From: Octopus sinensis
Lineage: Eukaryota
DNA: 64,000 bases
Assembly: GCF_006345805.1 (NCBI RefSeq)
Contig: NC_042999.1
Coordinates: forward strand, 78,492,001-78,556,000
Direction of reading: 5' to 3'
Part shown: piece after piece, positions 25,240 through 37,682 of the stretch
How positions within the stretch are numbered: position 1 is the stretch's first letter
How the letters are laid out: each line of letters begins with the position of its first letter
Notes under the pieces: generated by a model
Databases searched by the model: none
Seen by the model: only the letters and a program-made list of their open reading frames with translations
What the model was told of the DNA's origin: nothing
Translations under genes and position numbers: made by a program

Positions 25240-25883
25240 GGTTAGGGTATTGGTCTCAAGATTGTGGTTTCGATTTCTGGACCGGGCCACGTATCCAAAA
25301 ATCAAGGGACTTAAAACACTTCATTTTACGTTGCTTCGATCCACTCCGCTGGAAAAAAGGAGTAATCCTGCGATAGACCGGTGTTCCTTCCAGAGGGGAA
25401 TATATATACGCTACAGAAACCGGCTCTATGAGTATGTATAACCGAGAAGGAAGAAGGACCGTTATCCTTGATACGTTGTCTGAAAATACACTTATAAAGT
25501 CTAATTTGATGGGAATTTGGCTGCTATTTCGAGTGAGCATGTAGATACTCACTCGCTGGCTCATGTTATTTAACTGTAAGTGGGCTCTGGGCATAGCATT
25601 CAAAACAATGACCATTTTAGTTTTCTAAAATAACGTGCAACGCATGTATTAACTATGGGACATAATTCACATATTATATGTAAGAGTCATTGTTCTTTAT
25701 AGAAAAATAAGAATAATAATACAGACTAGGAGTAACTACGTATTACGTAAAATTTAGACATTACAAAATAAAAAAAAAAAGTTAATGCATATATATCTTA
25801 AATGGCTATAAGAACAAAAATATGATTTCATCTTTAAGATATTTTTATGAGAAACCAAAGAGTGCAGCATGGTTTCGGCATAA

Positions 25884-27695
25884 CTACAGATGTGTACCCC
25901 ACCGACTTTGTTGCTTATAACTTCCAGAAAAATGGATACATTTTAACGAAATTTTCAACAAATACCGCTTAGATGCTGTGGATTAAGAGTATATAGGAAT
26001 TTATGGGAAATAATTTTATTGATGGGGTGAGGAGGGGAGTTTCAGAACATTCACACGATCCGACTTTTTTCCCTCATAACTTTCAGGAAAATGGATATAT
26101 TTTAATGAAATTTTATACAAATACCTTTCAAACGGCATAGATTATATTATGATGAAAGTTGTGGGGAAATTTTGTTTCCGAGCGGGGGCGTGGAGAGGAG
26201 TTTCAGATCAGGAAGACCAAATAAGTTGGGACTACTTCGTTTTGATGGGGAGTCTTCCCATTTTTTTAAAATGTTAACAAAGCCTTCGAAATGATGGGTG
26301 GGGGTGGGGGGATATTTTTATGGAAAAGTTTTGAAAATTTTTACCCCTCCCTCCTTCCTCACCATTCCAATCAGGACCGATTTTGGCCAATTTCATTTAG
26401 CTTAAAAACCTCGGGAGGAACCTTTTCGGTAAAAAAAAAAAAAGAAAATTGTAAATATTTTCAGGGGAAAAGTGAGCGATTGAAGGGAGATTTGGCTGTT
26501 GTGTCTAGCACATCCCAAAACACCTTCCATTTTCACTCTCACATGTATTGATGTTTTCTCAATATTTTCCTCCCATTGTTCACATTTTATGGAACGATGA
26601 TGCCGAACTAACACACACGTGGTCCATTGGTGGAATATAAACAAAAAACACCCCCCCCCAAAAAAAACATGTAATTTAAATTTTTATCCCCACATCAATC
26701 AAGCGAAGTCGTATGTGTGTGTGTAAGAAAAAGAAAAAAAAACATTTTCTAACAGTAAAGTATGCTATTAAAATGAATTATCTTTTGCATACCTCTTTTT
26801 AAAAGTCACTGTGGATAAATGCCTGCGATGACCTCAGGCTCTCCAATATTTTAAATTATAGACAGAAACAATCGGTTGCAAAAAAAAAAAAAAAAAAATC
26901 ATAATTTTCAAATTAGTTTTTATAGCATATAAATGTATTTATGGGAAGAAAAAGATTGGTAAATATCAATACATTCGAGAGTGAGAAAGAAACGAGGAGA
27001 GTTGTCTTAGGATGTGCTAGAAACAACATCCAAATTTCCCTTCAATCACTCACTTTTTCCTCTGAAAATATAAACAATTTTAAAAATAGTTTTTTACCGA
27101 AAAGTTTCGTCCCATGGTTTTGAAATGATAAAAAAAAATGGCCAAAATCGATCAGGAGTGGGATGATGAGTAGAGGTTGTATAAAAAAAAAATTTCAAAG
27201 TTTTTTGTCATATAGAGATGCCACCCACCACCATCATTTCCAAGGCTATGGTTAAAAAAATGTAAAAAAAATCCCCCGTCAAAACGCAGTAGTTCCGAGC
27301 CTATACTGGCCGAACCCTATCAAAGTTAAAGTTATTTGATCTTCCTGATCGAAAATTCTGTTTTTCCGAAACTCCTCTCCCCACCCCCTCGGAAAAATTT
27401 CCCCACAAATTTCTTTATAATCGTAATCTATGCCGTTTGAAAGGTATTTGTATAAAATTTCATTAAAAGATATCCATTTTCCTGAAAGTTATGAGGGAAA
27501 AAAGTCGGATCGTGTGAATGTTCTGAAACTCCCCTCCTCACCCCCTGAAAAAAATTATTTCCCATAAATCCCTATATACTCTTAATCCACAGCATCTAAG
27601 CGGTATTCGTTGAAAATTTCGTTAAAATGTATCCATTTTTCTGGAAGTTTTGAGGCAACAAAGTCGGGTGGGAAGTGGGGGTACACATCTGTAGC
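25884..27695. repeat. Large inverted repeat (arms ~25884-26575 and ~26945-27695)
   Basis: ctacagatgtgtacccc...gaaaaatggatacattttaacgaaatttt is mirrored by aaaatttcgttaaaatgtatccatttttc...ggggtacacatctgtag. Each arm has an internal ~160-bp subrepeat. Confidence 0.9.
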
Positions 27696-28254
27696 TAAAC
27701 CTCGGTTTCATTCTTGTTCGTTCCGAGTAGAAATCTTTAATAAACGTCGATCCTTCATAATTAGTGTTGGTAAAATAATTAACAAACCGAAAAGATCCCA
27801 ACAGGGGTTGATTTAAGACCCCTGCTAATGGAAAAAGGCGGTAGGTAAAAGGTGTAGGTAAAATGTTCGCTTCACAATAACGTGGTTTTTTTTTTAGATC
27901 CAGTCCCTTGCATGACCCCTTGCACGGACGAAATTTGGTAGACGGAAATTGCATGCTAACGCGACCCTGTACTTTTGGTGTAAAACTTCATCCGTCGTCC
28001 AGTTTAACATCATCTGGATTTTGTATGATAAAAGAAAAAGAAAAAGAAGTCATTTATTTTTAGAGTACTGTTAACTCTGTTGCAAATGTTCGATCTGGGA
28101 ATGACTTTTCTTCTCACCAATCTCAGTTGCTTGGAAAAAAACACCGCAGGCACTGTCATTCCTCTCCTGACCATGTCATGTAATAACAAATAACCAAAAT
28201 AAAATATAGATATATAAATAAAATAAAATAAAATAAAGATATATAAAAATAATA

Positions 28255-28318
<64 letters not shown>

Positions 28319-29057
28319 GTTATATTTCGGAATGGTCATATTGCCAGTTTAGCCAATAAATCTTGCACAAGAAATATTTAAACGTACTAATATATATATA
28401 ATATTATATATATAATAAATAACTTTATGTATATATATATATGAAATTTACAGAAAAACAACAAAAAATCATTAATTTAAATTTGTAGTTTGGTTTACGA
28501 ACAGATATATTATTAAAAAAATAGGCGTTTAAATTCTACAATAAATTTTTCATGAAAATTTTATATGTTACGAAGAATTATAAACTGCTTCAGTTCTGTA
28601 AAAGTGATCTGTCCCTCTTCCCTACCCCTAGCCAAATCTAGGTGGCTTATACCACTGACTATTAACCTATGTTTCCGCAGGCATTATTTGAATTAGGTGA
28701 AGGACGAGACGAATCTACTTCAGGACAGGGTGGTATTGGAGTACACACAAAAATTTCTAAAGGTCATGGCACCTATTCCCTGACTGGTAAGCTAATATCG
28801 AGATGCGTAGAATAATGTTTAGCAGCGGGGTTTATCTTTCCTAAGGTCGTAAGTCTATGAAGAAGGGGAGATAATCCTTACCACAAAAGAAGAGGTAAAA
28901 TTTGTAAGGGATATAACTAATATTGATACCGGTCAAGTTTCGTTGCATGTAAACCATAAATCAACTGAAATATTATTTTAACAAAGAAGAAAATTTACTT
29001 CGTAAAATCTCCTCACGGGAAAGAGAAAGCGGAGTGTATGGAAAGTAACCCCAAAGA

Positions 29058-29540
29058 ATGGTTACCGTTAAAGAAAAACTATTTCAAAACAGTTGGAGGA
29101 AAATGGTTTCCTGGCTATGTAAAGTTCGCGTTTTAAAATTATTTCTATTTTTCGTTTTGGTCCTTGTGATTTTTATCAACTTAGGTCAGTTTCTGAGGCG
29201 TTATATGCCTCGATCGGTAAACAACGTGATAAATAGCCCCCTTCTCAGGGAAGGCACTACTTATATCAATGTTGGTCATATGAGTGTGGACCTCTTAACA
29301 TCCACGCTTACCTTTACTGATCCTCTCTGGGTTCCTGACCCGGCAGCCGCGGCGGCAGACGCAGCGGAGATGGCGGCCGAAGGAGAAGAAGACGAAATTG
29401 GCGATGGTAATTATTTAAAAGGAACATTTCCGACTTCTGTCAAAGACCACGCTCACCAAGTTAAGGAGTGCGATTCCTATGACCCCGGAGATAGCACAGC
29501 ATCATTTTGTCGACAATTTGGGACCCACGTTCAACTTCAA
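29058..29540 (+). CDS. MYORG: MYORG-like GH31 glycosidase, coding exon 1 (cytoplasmic tail, signal-anchor TM helix, stem)
   Basis: ATG preceded by an in-frame TAA at 29046. TM segment VLKLFLFFVLVLVIFINL. Donor CAA|GTAATA at 29540/29541, phase 0 (483 nt). Confidence 0.85.
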
Positions 29541-31449
29541 GTAATATATTCTTCTTCTTCTTCTTCTTCTTCTCATTGAGTCAATCACATCTCTGTTAAA
29601 ACTTTAGTGAAAATTACAGAAGACACCCTTTAAAATATATATTGTTGTGCTAAAGCTATGATCAAAGATATTTCAGCCATGACCAAAGATATTTCAGCCA
29701 TGACCATCTCGTTGTATATCTAGAACTTCGAAATATATGTTTGTTAAAAAAGCAAAACCAAAATAACCCTCCCTCAATTTATCGTTTAGTAAGAGGAGTT
29801 TAACTGTAGTCATAGCTTTTAGAGCCCCCATTATTGGTGGCAAGCAGTGAAGGCAGGAGACCCAGCTTGAATATTTACAACAGTGGACTCAGCTTACTGT
29901 ATTCGTGTGTCCTGATGGTGTTAAACTGTACACTGAATTAAGTCTACTTGGCAAAATTTGAGTGGGATCTTCCACCATAAAATGTTTAGCCACTAGATCA
30001 TCTCCGAGCAAGTAGATTTATAATCCAAAGGGTTCCATAGTGCATCTAAGACTACATTATCCAATGTATCTTTTCATCATTTAGCCAGAAGTATGTAATT
30101 TAAGGAGGATTTGGCTGCTATTTCTAGTAGGTCTTACGACCATGTATATGCTCATATGCTGTTAAGTTGTTACTATTGAAAGCTATTATTAGCTTTTTCT
30201 TCTTCTTTTGAATTAAGTATGACTGTTATATTCTTGTAATTTAATTACTATATTCCTAAGTTATTAATATAAGTTAGGAAAAATATCCCAAAATATTGAG
30301 TGTTCTGCATCCTAAATATAAATATGAAGGTAGAAGGGTCTCATGTTTGTAATATAGTGAACTGAAAAACACTGTGACTAGATTATTTGAGTAAGATAAT
30401 TGATCTTAAATTCTTGTTTAGTCCCTGAGACCAACCCTAATCAATCAAACTTGTAATCAGATGTGTTCCAGCTCTGACCATTCTTTTCTTTCAAGTATAA
30501 TGTTTCTGTCACTACATCAGCCTATGAATGCCTTTTTTTTTTCAGATAGTAAGATGTATGTGAGATTTGGTTGCTAGTTTTTGTAGGTTAAGCAATTGTA
30601 TAGATGATTCTTTCAATAACTTAGATTCTTGTGTATACCTGCTGTGAAAGATTTTAGCAGCTAGATAATAGAAAAGTGTAAGATTTATTGGATTTTGAAT
30701 TGTTAACTTAGTTGATAGGCAGAGTGCAGCTGAGCCAAAGAAGTGGTTGGCTAACAAAACCATCAACTGATGTGGGTAACTGAGGCATCTGTACTAAAAT
30801 GGACACAACACAAATGATCAACACAAGATGATATATGCTGACAGTGTAAAGTACCTGTGGTAGAAGATCAAAGGAAACCTAAATAGAGATGGTGAGGTAG
30901 GATTTTAGGATACAGGGCCTCATAGACCTGAAGGACCGACCGACATGAATGTGAAGAATAGTGATATGTTTTATTGCTGTTCTCTTCAGTTTATTCTTAT
31001 ATAAAAGATATGATGATGGTGGTGTCAGTTGTCACTGAAAGGCATCCTGTGTAGTAGGTGGTATGTGATGTTGAGGCCTACTGCATTTGAGAGACAGCTT
31101 CATAATTTCATTGGACCATCATATTGTCATGGGTTTTGTATGCCACTGGTAATTTTAATTCAGTATTTCTTACTGACAAATTACTAATTATCCAGTGCCC
31201 AAATTACAATGTAGATGAATAAGTCTGAGTAAGACTGTAATAAGTATTACAGCATAGCTCCAGTGTTGACATGTGGATTATTGACTCTTTTGCTTGTGGA
31301 TTGATATTCTAATGACTCTCATTAGAGTAGCCCTATTTCTTCAACAGTATAAAGAACAGCAACTGAAATGATTCTAGCTGATAATATAGAAAGATGTTTT
31401 CAAAGTTTTTATTGCAAACTGTATAAATAAACATTTAACAAGTAACAAG

Positions 31450-32820
31450 CATCATCATCATCATCATCATCGTTTAATATCTGCTTTCTATGCTAGCATG
31501 GGTTGGATGATTTGACTGAAGACTGGTGAACCAGATGGTTGCACCAGGTTCCAATCTGATCTGGCAGAGTTTCTACAGCTAGATGCCCTTCCTAACGTCA
31601 ACCACTCCAAGAGTGTAGTGGGTGCTTTTACGTGCCACCAGCACGAGGGCCAGTCAGGCGGTACTGGCAACAGCCATGCTCAAATGGTGTTTTTTACATG
31701 CCACTTGCATAGGAGCCAGTCCAGCAGCACTGGCATCGACCTCGCTTGAATATTTTTTCATGTGGCACCGGCACAAGTGCTAGTAAGGCAGCGCTGGTAA
31801 TGATCATGCTTGAATAGTGCTTTTTACGTGCCACCGGCACAGAAGCCAGTCAGCTGCTCTGGCAACAATCCTGCTAAGATGGTGCTCTTAGCACTCCAAT
31901 AGTGCAGATGCCACTCAATGAATTTGATTTTGATTTCACTTGCCTCATCAGGTCTTCGCAAGCAGAGTTTAGTGTCCAATGAAGGAAAGGTACACATAAG
32001 TGGGCTGGTTACGTCCCTGCCATAGGCCACGGGTTATGGTCTCACTTGGCTTGCCGGGCCTTCTCAAGTACAGCATATTTCCAAAGGTCTTGGTCACTAG
32101 TCATTGCCTCGGTAAGGCCTAATGTTCAAAGGTTGTGCTTCACCACCTCATCCCCAGGTCTTCCTGGGTCTATCACTTCCACAAGTTCCCTCAACCGCTA
32201 GGGTGTGGCACTTTTTTACACAGCTATTCTCATCCATTCTTGCCACATGACCATACCAGCGCAGTCGTCTCTCTTGCACACAACATCTGATGCTTCTTAG
32301 GTCTAACTTTACTCTCAAGGTCGAGTATGCACACTGACATTACACATCCATTGGAGCATACTGACTTCATTCCTTGCAAGCTTACACATGTCCTCAGCTT
32401 TCACAGCCCATGTTTCACTGCCATGTAGCATGGCTCTTCGTACACATGCGTCATACAGATTACCTTTTACTCTGAGCGAGAGGTACTTTGTCACCAGCAG
32501 AGGTAAGAGCTCTCTGAACTTTGCCCAGGTTATTCTTATTCCAGCAGCTGCACTTTCAGTGCACCCACCCCTGCTACAGAGTTGGTCACCTAGGTAACGG
32601 AAGCAATCAACTACTTCTAGTTTTTCTCCCTGGAATGTGGAAGAAGTTGTTCTCTGCACATTTTCAGTGTTTATTGCTCCTGAGTATCTGCCACATACAA
32701 AAACTATCTTCCCAGTTAGCCTTCCTTTGATATTGCTGCACCTCTTATGTGTCCCTAGCTTACACTGGGTACAACTTATAGAGTTTCACCAACAAAGTAA
32801 ACCTATCACATTTCTACTGC
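31450..32820 (-). mobile_element. RTE LINE 3' part (ORF2 C-terminus plus tail) in intron 1
   Basis: EKLEVVDCFRYLGDQL...WAKFRELLPLL...LYDACVRRAMLHGSETW, followed by the repeat-containing 3' UTR and (GAT)n tail. Confidence 0.9.
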
Positions 32821-33039
32821 CTTAGCACATCTCCATAAAATATTTCCACTGACTCATGGCTGTAAAATGCTTGTCATATGCAAGTTAACAAGAACCTTAA
32901 GATTATTAAAGGAAGGTACATGGAAGCTATTATGCTATGAGAAATGAGGAGGATCAAGTCTCTTGGAGTTGTGTGACTTAAACAAGAGTAATATGGTAGT
33001 GGAATGGTTTGGTAATTAGATATGTGAAAAGCTAAGACT

Positions 33040-33480
33040 TAGGAAGAAATGAAGGAGCTGGGAACAGTTTCAAGTAACTAGAAGAGAATCTTGATGTCAG
33101 GTATATGTTGCATAGAAGGAAGCCGAAAGTAAGAGATTTGCAAATGTTCTGTGACAAGGTGATCAAAGATGTGAGGTGTTATGGATTGCAAAGTAGTGTG
33201 TCAATGCAAATCAGGATGAAGTTAGAAAGATTGTGTTTGGAATGACAGTGGTACGCTTAGTGACACTGAGAAGAAAGGTACTTGGAAGTGTTAGTACAAT
33301 AAGTTACTGAATAAAGAGAATGTGTGGGAGAAAGTGTCACTACCACAAGTAAACTCAACTGAGGGAGCAACTATCAAAATTGACAGCTATTTTTGTTGAA
33401 AGTGCAACCAGAGGTATAAAGACAGGTAATAGCTGGCCCTTTGGGAATAGTCACTGAAATGTTGAAAATATCTGGCATGA
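33040..33480 (+). mobile_element. RTE ORF2 fragment (pre-RT region) in opposite orientation to the adjacent RTE
   Basis: Decayed translation LLNKENVWEKVSLPQVNSTEGATIKID...GPLGIVTEMLKISG is typical of the region just before the RT domain. Confidence 0.7.
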
Positions 33481-33772
33481 GTGCTTTTAAGTGGCACCAG
33501 CACAAGTGCTTTTTACCTGACACTGGCACATAAATATATAGGTGTGTGTGCATGCTGATCTTTTATGAAGATTTTGTGTACTAAGTCCATATACAAGGCT
33601 ATGATAGAAGACAGTTGTCATGCAGTGACGCTTTGAGCAAATATCTACAAATATAGCCTGAAATGACATGCTTTTAAAGTAAACTCCTTATTTATGCTGT
33701 CATATCTTTTCCTAATGGCGATATCAATAATAAAAAATATGTTAATTTTTAAAGATAAGGTCTGTATAATCT

Positions 33773-35100
33773 TAAAAGGCAAATTCCAGAAGTTTTGAGA
33801 CTTTTTCAGGCGAGCCTTTAATTTCAAAGAAGCACATGACTCTGATCTCCTTCAAAGTAGGATCCTCTGACTTCAATGTACTTGTAGCCCACTAGCCTCT
33901 TTGTGAAGGCCCCATGGAAGTCCTCCAAAGGGAAGATGTTCAAGATCGTTGTCACAGCCTCCTTCATCTTCTCAGTATCTTCAAAACAACTGCCCCTGAG
34001 GTTTTCCTTCAACTTGGGGAACTACCAAAAGTTACATGGAGCAAGGTCTGAACTGTAGGGAGGGTGAAAGATAGTTTTGATGCCCATCTCTGTCAAGTAG
34101 TTGGTTAGTAGGATGGAATTATGGACTGATAGAATGTCCTGGTGTAGGGGCCACTGACCTGAGTGGAAGGACTCTGGCCTTTTGTGACAAAATCTCTTCC
34201 TGAACTCCCTCAAAACCCCAGAAAGTACTTTGATGACCCTCTGACCAGAGGGAACCCAGTAGATGTAGATGATGCCCTTGTCAAAAATGGGAAACATCAG
34301 CTTCCCTGTGGACTGGCTTTCTTGGGTCTGGGGAAGCCAGAATGCTTCCTTTGGGTACTCTGTCTCTTGGTCTTTGGATCATAATGGTTGATCCAGCTTC
34401 CATCACAGGTCACCAAGAACTCCAGTACTCTTGGATTGGAGGTAGGGAGCGGGTTCATCTCCCTGCTGTCACCAATGTGTCTTACCTTCTGTTTGTCACT
34501 GAGCACCCTGGGAACTAACTTTGCACAGATTTTGCATATGTTCAGATCTTCATGATTAATTCTGTGCACAAATGTCACACCAACACCAAACTCTGTGCTC
34601 ATTGTCTTTATAGACACTCACTGGTCTTCATTCAGAAAGCTAAATTTTCTCAACCAGTTCTGACATTCTGATGCCTCTTCCTTCCACACTGTTCATCATC
34701 TCTCACCTCCTCTCTACTGACCTTGATCCTCTTGTACCAGTGAAAAACAAATGCTTGACTCATACAAGTTAATCTATAAGCTGTTGAAGCATTTTATAAA
34801 TTTCTGTAACAGTTTTTCCAAGTTTAACACAAAACTTTTTTGCATAGCAAGCTTCCAAATTGTCTTCATGTCCTGGCTGCATTCTGCAAAACTAATCAGC
34901 TGCAAACAATAGTGTTTAGTAGAGTGTATTTAAAGTACTGTTATAACCATCTCCTTCAGTTTGGAATAAAAAAAAAATGGCAGGTCAGCTTATTAGATGT
35001 TTGGTAATGATATACTAAAATTAGAGTAACCTGTAACTAAAATTACAGTAACTGCTTCTCCTAAAAATAGTCTCAAAACTTTTGTAATAGACCTCAAATA
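33773..35100 (-). mobile_element. Near full-length decayed mariner (DD34D) in intron 1
   Basis: Fragments KICAKLVPRVLS, LVTCDGSWI..YDPKTKRQS and HPPYSSDLAPCNFW. Degenerate TIRs share aagttttgagact (~33790 and ~35069-35082). Confidence 0.85.
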
Positions 35101-35237
35101 TATTGTTTCTTTTTGGTAAATTATACTTCTGTCAGATAAAACAATTATTGAACCTGAAGTGATAATATTTCTGTCAACTCTTGAATCTTTAGTTTCTTTA
35201 ATTTCGTTTTCCTCTTTCTGTTTATTTTGTATTTTAG

Positions 35238-36645
35238 GTGACTGAATCAAAGAAGGAAAACCAACTCATCTGTTATCACATTATTTGGAAGTCTTTAAAC
35301 ATGGAGTTCATTCCACAAAGTTGTTTCTACATGGATAATGCTTATTGGTATGGAGGCCCGGAACTAATGCAACCTATGTATCCTATTGAGAAAGGAACTT
35401 TCTCATGGACATCATTTGTACCAGGTTTCAACCCTAGTGACAGCCAAAGTAACCAGTCCATGGGACCAGTTGTAGAACGCTACTGGATTAATTCTCAAGG
35501 AGCTGGTATTGCAGTTGATAACTCCATAGCCCTTCATACCAGTATGAATTACAAATTTGAGAATAAACTCTGTTTTAAGGCCGTCATTAGTGATCACAGT
35601 CTCCCTACTCTCAGCTATACAGTGTGCAAAGCCAGCAATGTACGAAATGTACACGACTACATGAGGAAAAGTATATTTGAAAATCCTACTGCATCTCCAG
35701 TTGATTTAATAGGCAAACCTCTTTGGACAACTGAAGAATATTTCGGGAGTTCAATAGACCAACAAAAATACTTATGGTATGCTGATAAAATTACTAAAAC
35801 TGGTTTTTACAATTCACAAATCCAACTTGATACGTATTCTTCTGTGGTTGGTGATACTACAGTCTCTTCAATTAAGTTTCCAAACTCACATCAAATGTTT
35901 GGTCAAATGAAAGAGTTGAAACTTTATGTACGTCTCAAAGTGTGTATGTGTGCTAGTCCTGATGTATCTTATTTTGCTGAGGGAAAAGAGAAAGGATTCT
36001 GGCTAGTAGACAAGAAAAGCAAAGCAATAGCAATGAGTTCATCAAAAGATGGAATGGTAGCATTGGTGGATTTCACAAATCCTGATGCTGTGAAATGGTA
36101 CCAAGACAAAATATCTCTCTTTGGAAAAGATTATGGTATACAGGCTTTTACATTTGATTTTAATGAGATTCACAATTTGCCACTTACGGTCTCATTCAAA
36201 AGTATTTTTAAAACTCCTGCTGATTACTTGACAAAAAGCTCTGAAGTTGTTTCTTTCATTGATCAAAATGCTATAATCAAATTTGGCTTCCAGTCTCAAC
36301 ATTTTCCAATATTCATTGAAGCAGTTCCAAAAAACATGACCTGGGATTATAACAGTGGCTTAAAAAATGTCATTCCAAACATGCTAACTTTAGGAATTCT
36401 TGGTTTTCCATTCATTGTACCAAGTGCTATTGGGGGTACAAACTATACTGGGACACTGCCTGCAAGCAAAGAACTGTTTATTCGTTGGGCACAGATGGTC
36501 AGTTATTTTCCTATTATGCACTTCTCTGTCCCGCCGTGGCACTATGATGAAGAAACTGTGCATATTACACAAAACCTAGTCAAGCACCATCAACAGAACA
36601 TTGCTCCTTTAATAAAGCATTTAATGAAAGAAGCAGAAGTTACAG
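35238..36645 (+). CDS. MYORG: MYORG-like GH31 glycosidase, coding exon 2 (beta-sandwich plus TIM barrel)
   Basis: Acceptor ttttag|GTG, phase 0. 1408 nt open frame with motifs WYGGPE, VVERYWINS.G, VDFTNPDAVKWY, F.FD..E, GLKNVIP..LTLGILGFPF and ELFIRW. Donor ACAG|GTAATA at 36645. Confidence 0.95.
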
Positions 36646-36761
36646 GTAATATAGTTTTTTCAAATGTTTTCTGAAATATATATATATGTGTGTGTGTGTG
36701 CATGTGTGTGTGTACATGTATGTATATGTATGTGTATATATGTGTGTGTGTGTATATATAT

Positions 36762-37212
36762 ATATTGGGTAATCCCATAAATAATGTGGTTTTTTTTATA
36801 CTTTTATCTTTCAAAATTAAGATAAAGTTCTTTTTTAATCTAAAATATACTCTCCTTCATTTCTACAATGCTCTTCCATCCATCTGGTAGACTTGCAAGG
36901 ACCCACTTCCAAAATTCACTTGTCCATAATGAAAAATACTCTTCCAGTACAGTTCTGACCTCATCTACAGAATTCATATTTTTTCCGTCCAAATGATTTT
37001 GAAGACTGCAGAATAAATGATTATCAGATGGGGCAATGTCTGGTGAATATGGTGGATGGGGCATCGTTTCCCATTCAAACTGCTCCTATCTTTGGAATGT
37101 CATCTTCACTATGTGGCTGGGCATTATCTTGATGGAAGAACACCTTCTGTCTTGAAACAAAAGACGGTCGTTTTTCTTCTAGCACTGACTTAATCCACTC
37201 AAACTGCTGAAG
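36762..37212 (-). mobile_element. Mariner 3' fragment in intron 2
   Basis: VFFHQDNAQPH and PHPPYSPDIAPSDNHLFCSLQNHL. TIR-like end tattgggtaatcccataaataa. Confidence 0.85.
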
Positions 37213-37682
37213 GTAAAAACAATACCAGTAATAACTGGAGCATTGGGCTTGATAAAAAAACATGAGCAAAAACATACTACACTATCCAGAAAATAGCCCT
37301 GCTAGGAACAGCCTACATCCTATGCAAGATAATATCAATTCAATAATACAACCTAAACAAAGCAACCCACAAACACAAGACACTCTATACAGCAATTACC
37401 CAGTGAAATAAACTTCCACCAGCAAGCTAGATAACCCCTGCATTACACACTCAACACACAATACAAGCAGTAATACAACAAAAGACTGCACCACACCCCA
37501 AGACAAAAAGAAGACAGCAGAAAAACTAACAATAAATACCAGGAAGAGTTTTGTGCACGCTCAACAACAGCAAAGAACACACATTGCTGCACACATCCCA
37601 GAAATATGGAAGTGTAGCAGGTGGGGCAGTCGAAATTTGTCTTAAACAATCAAATGTTGAACAATTATATAATAATAATAAT

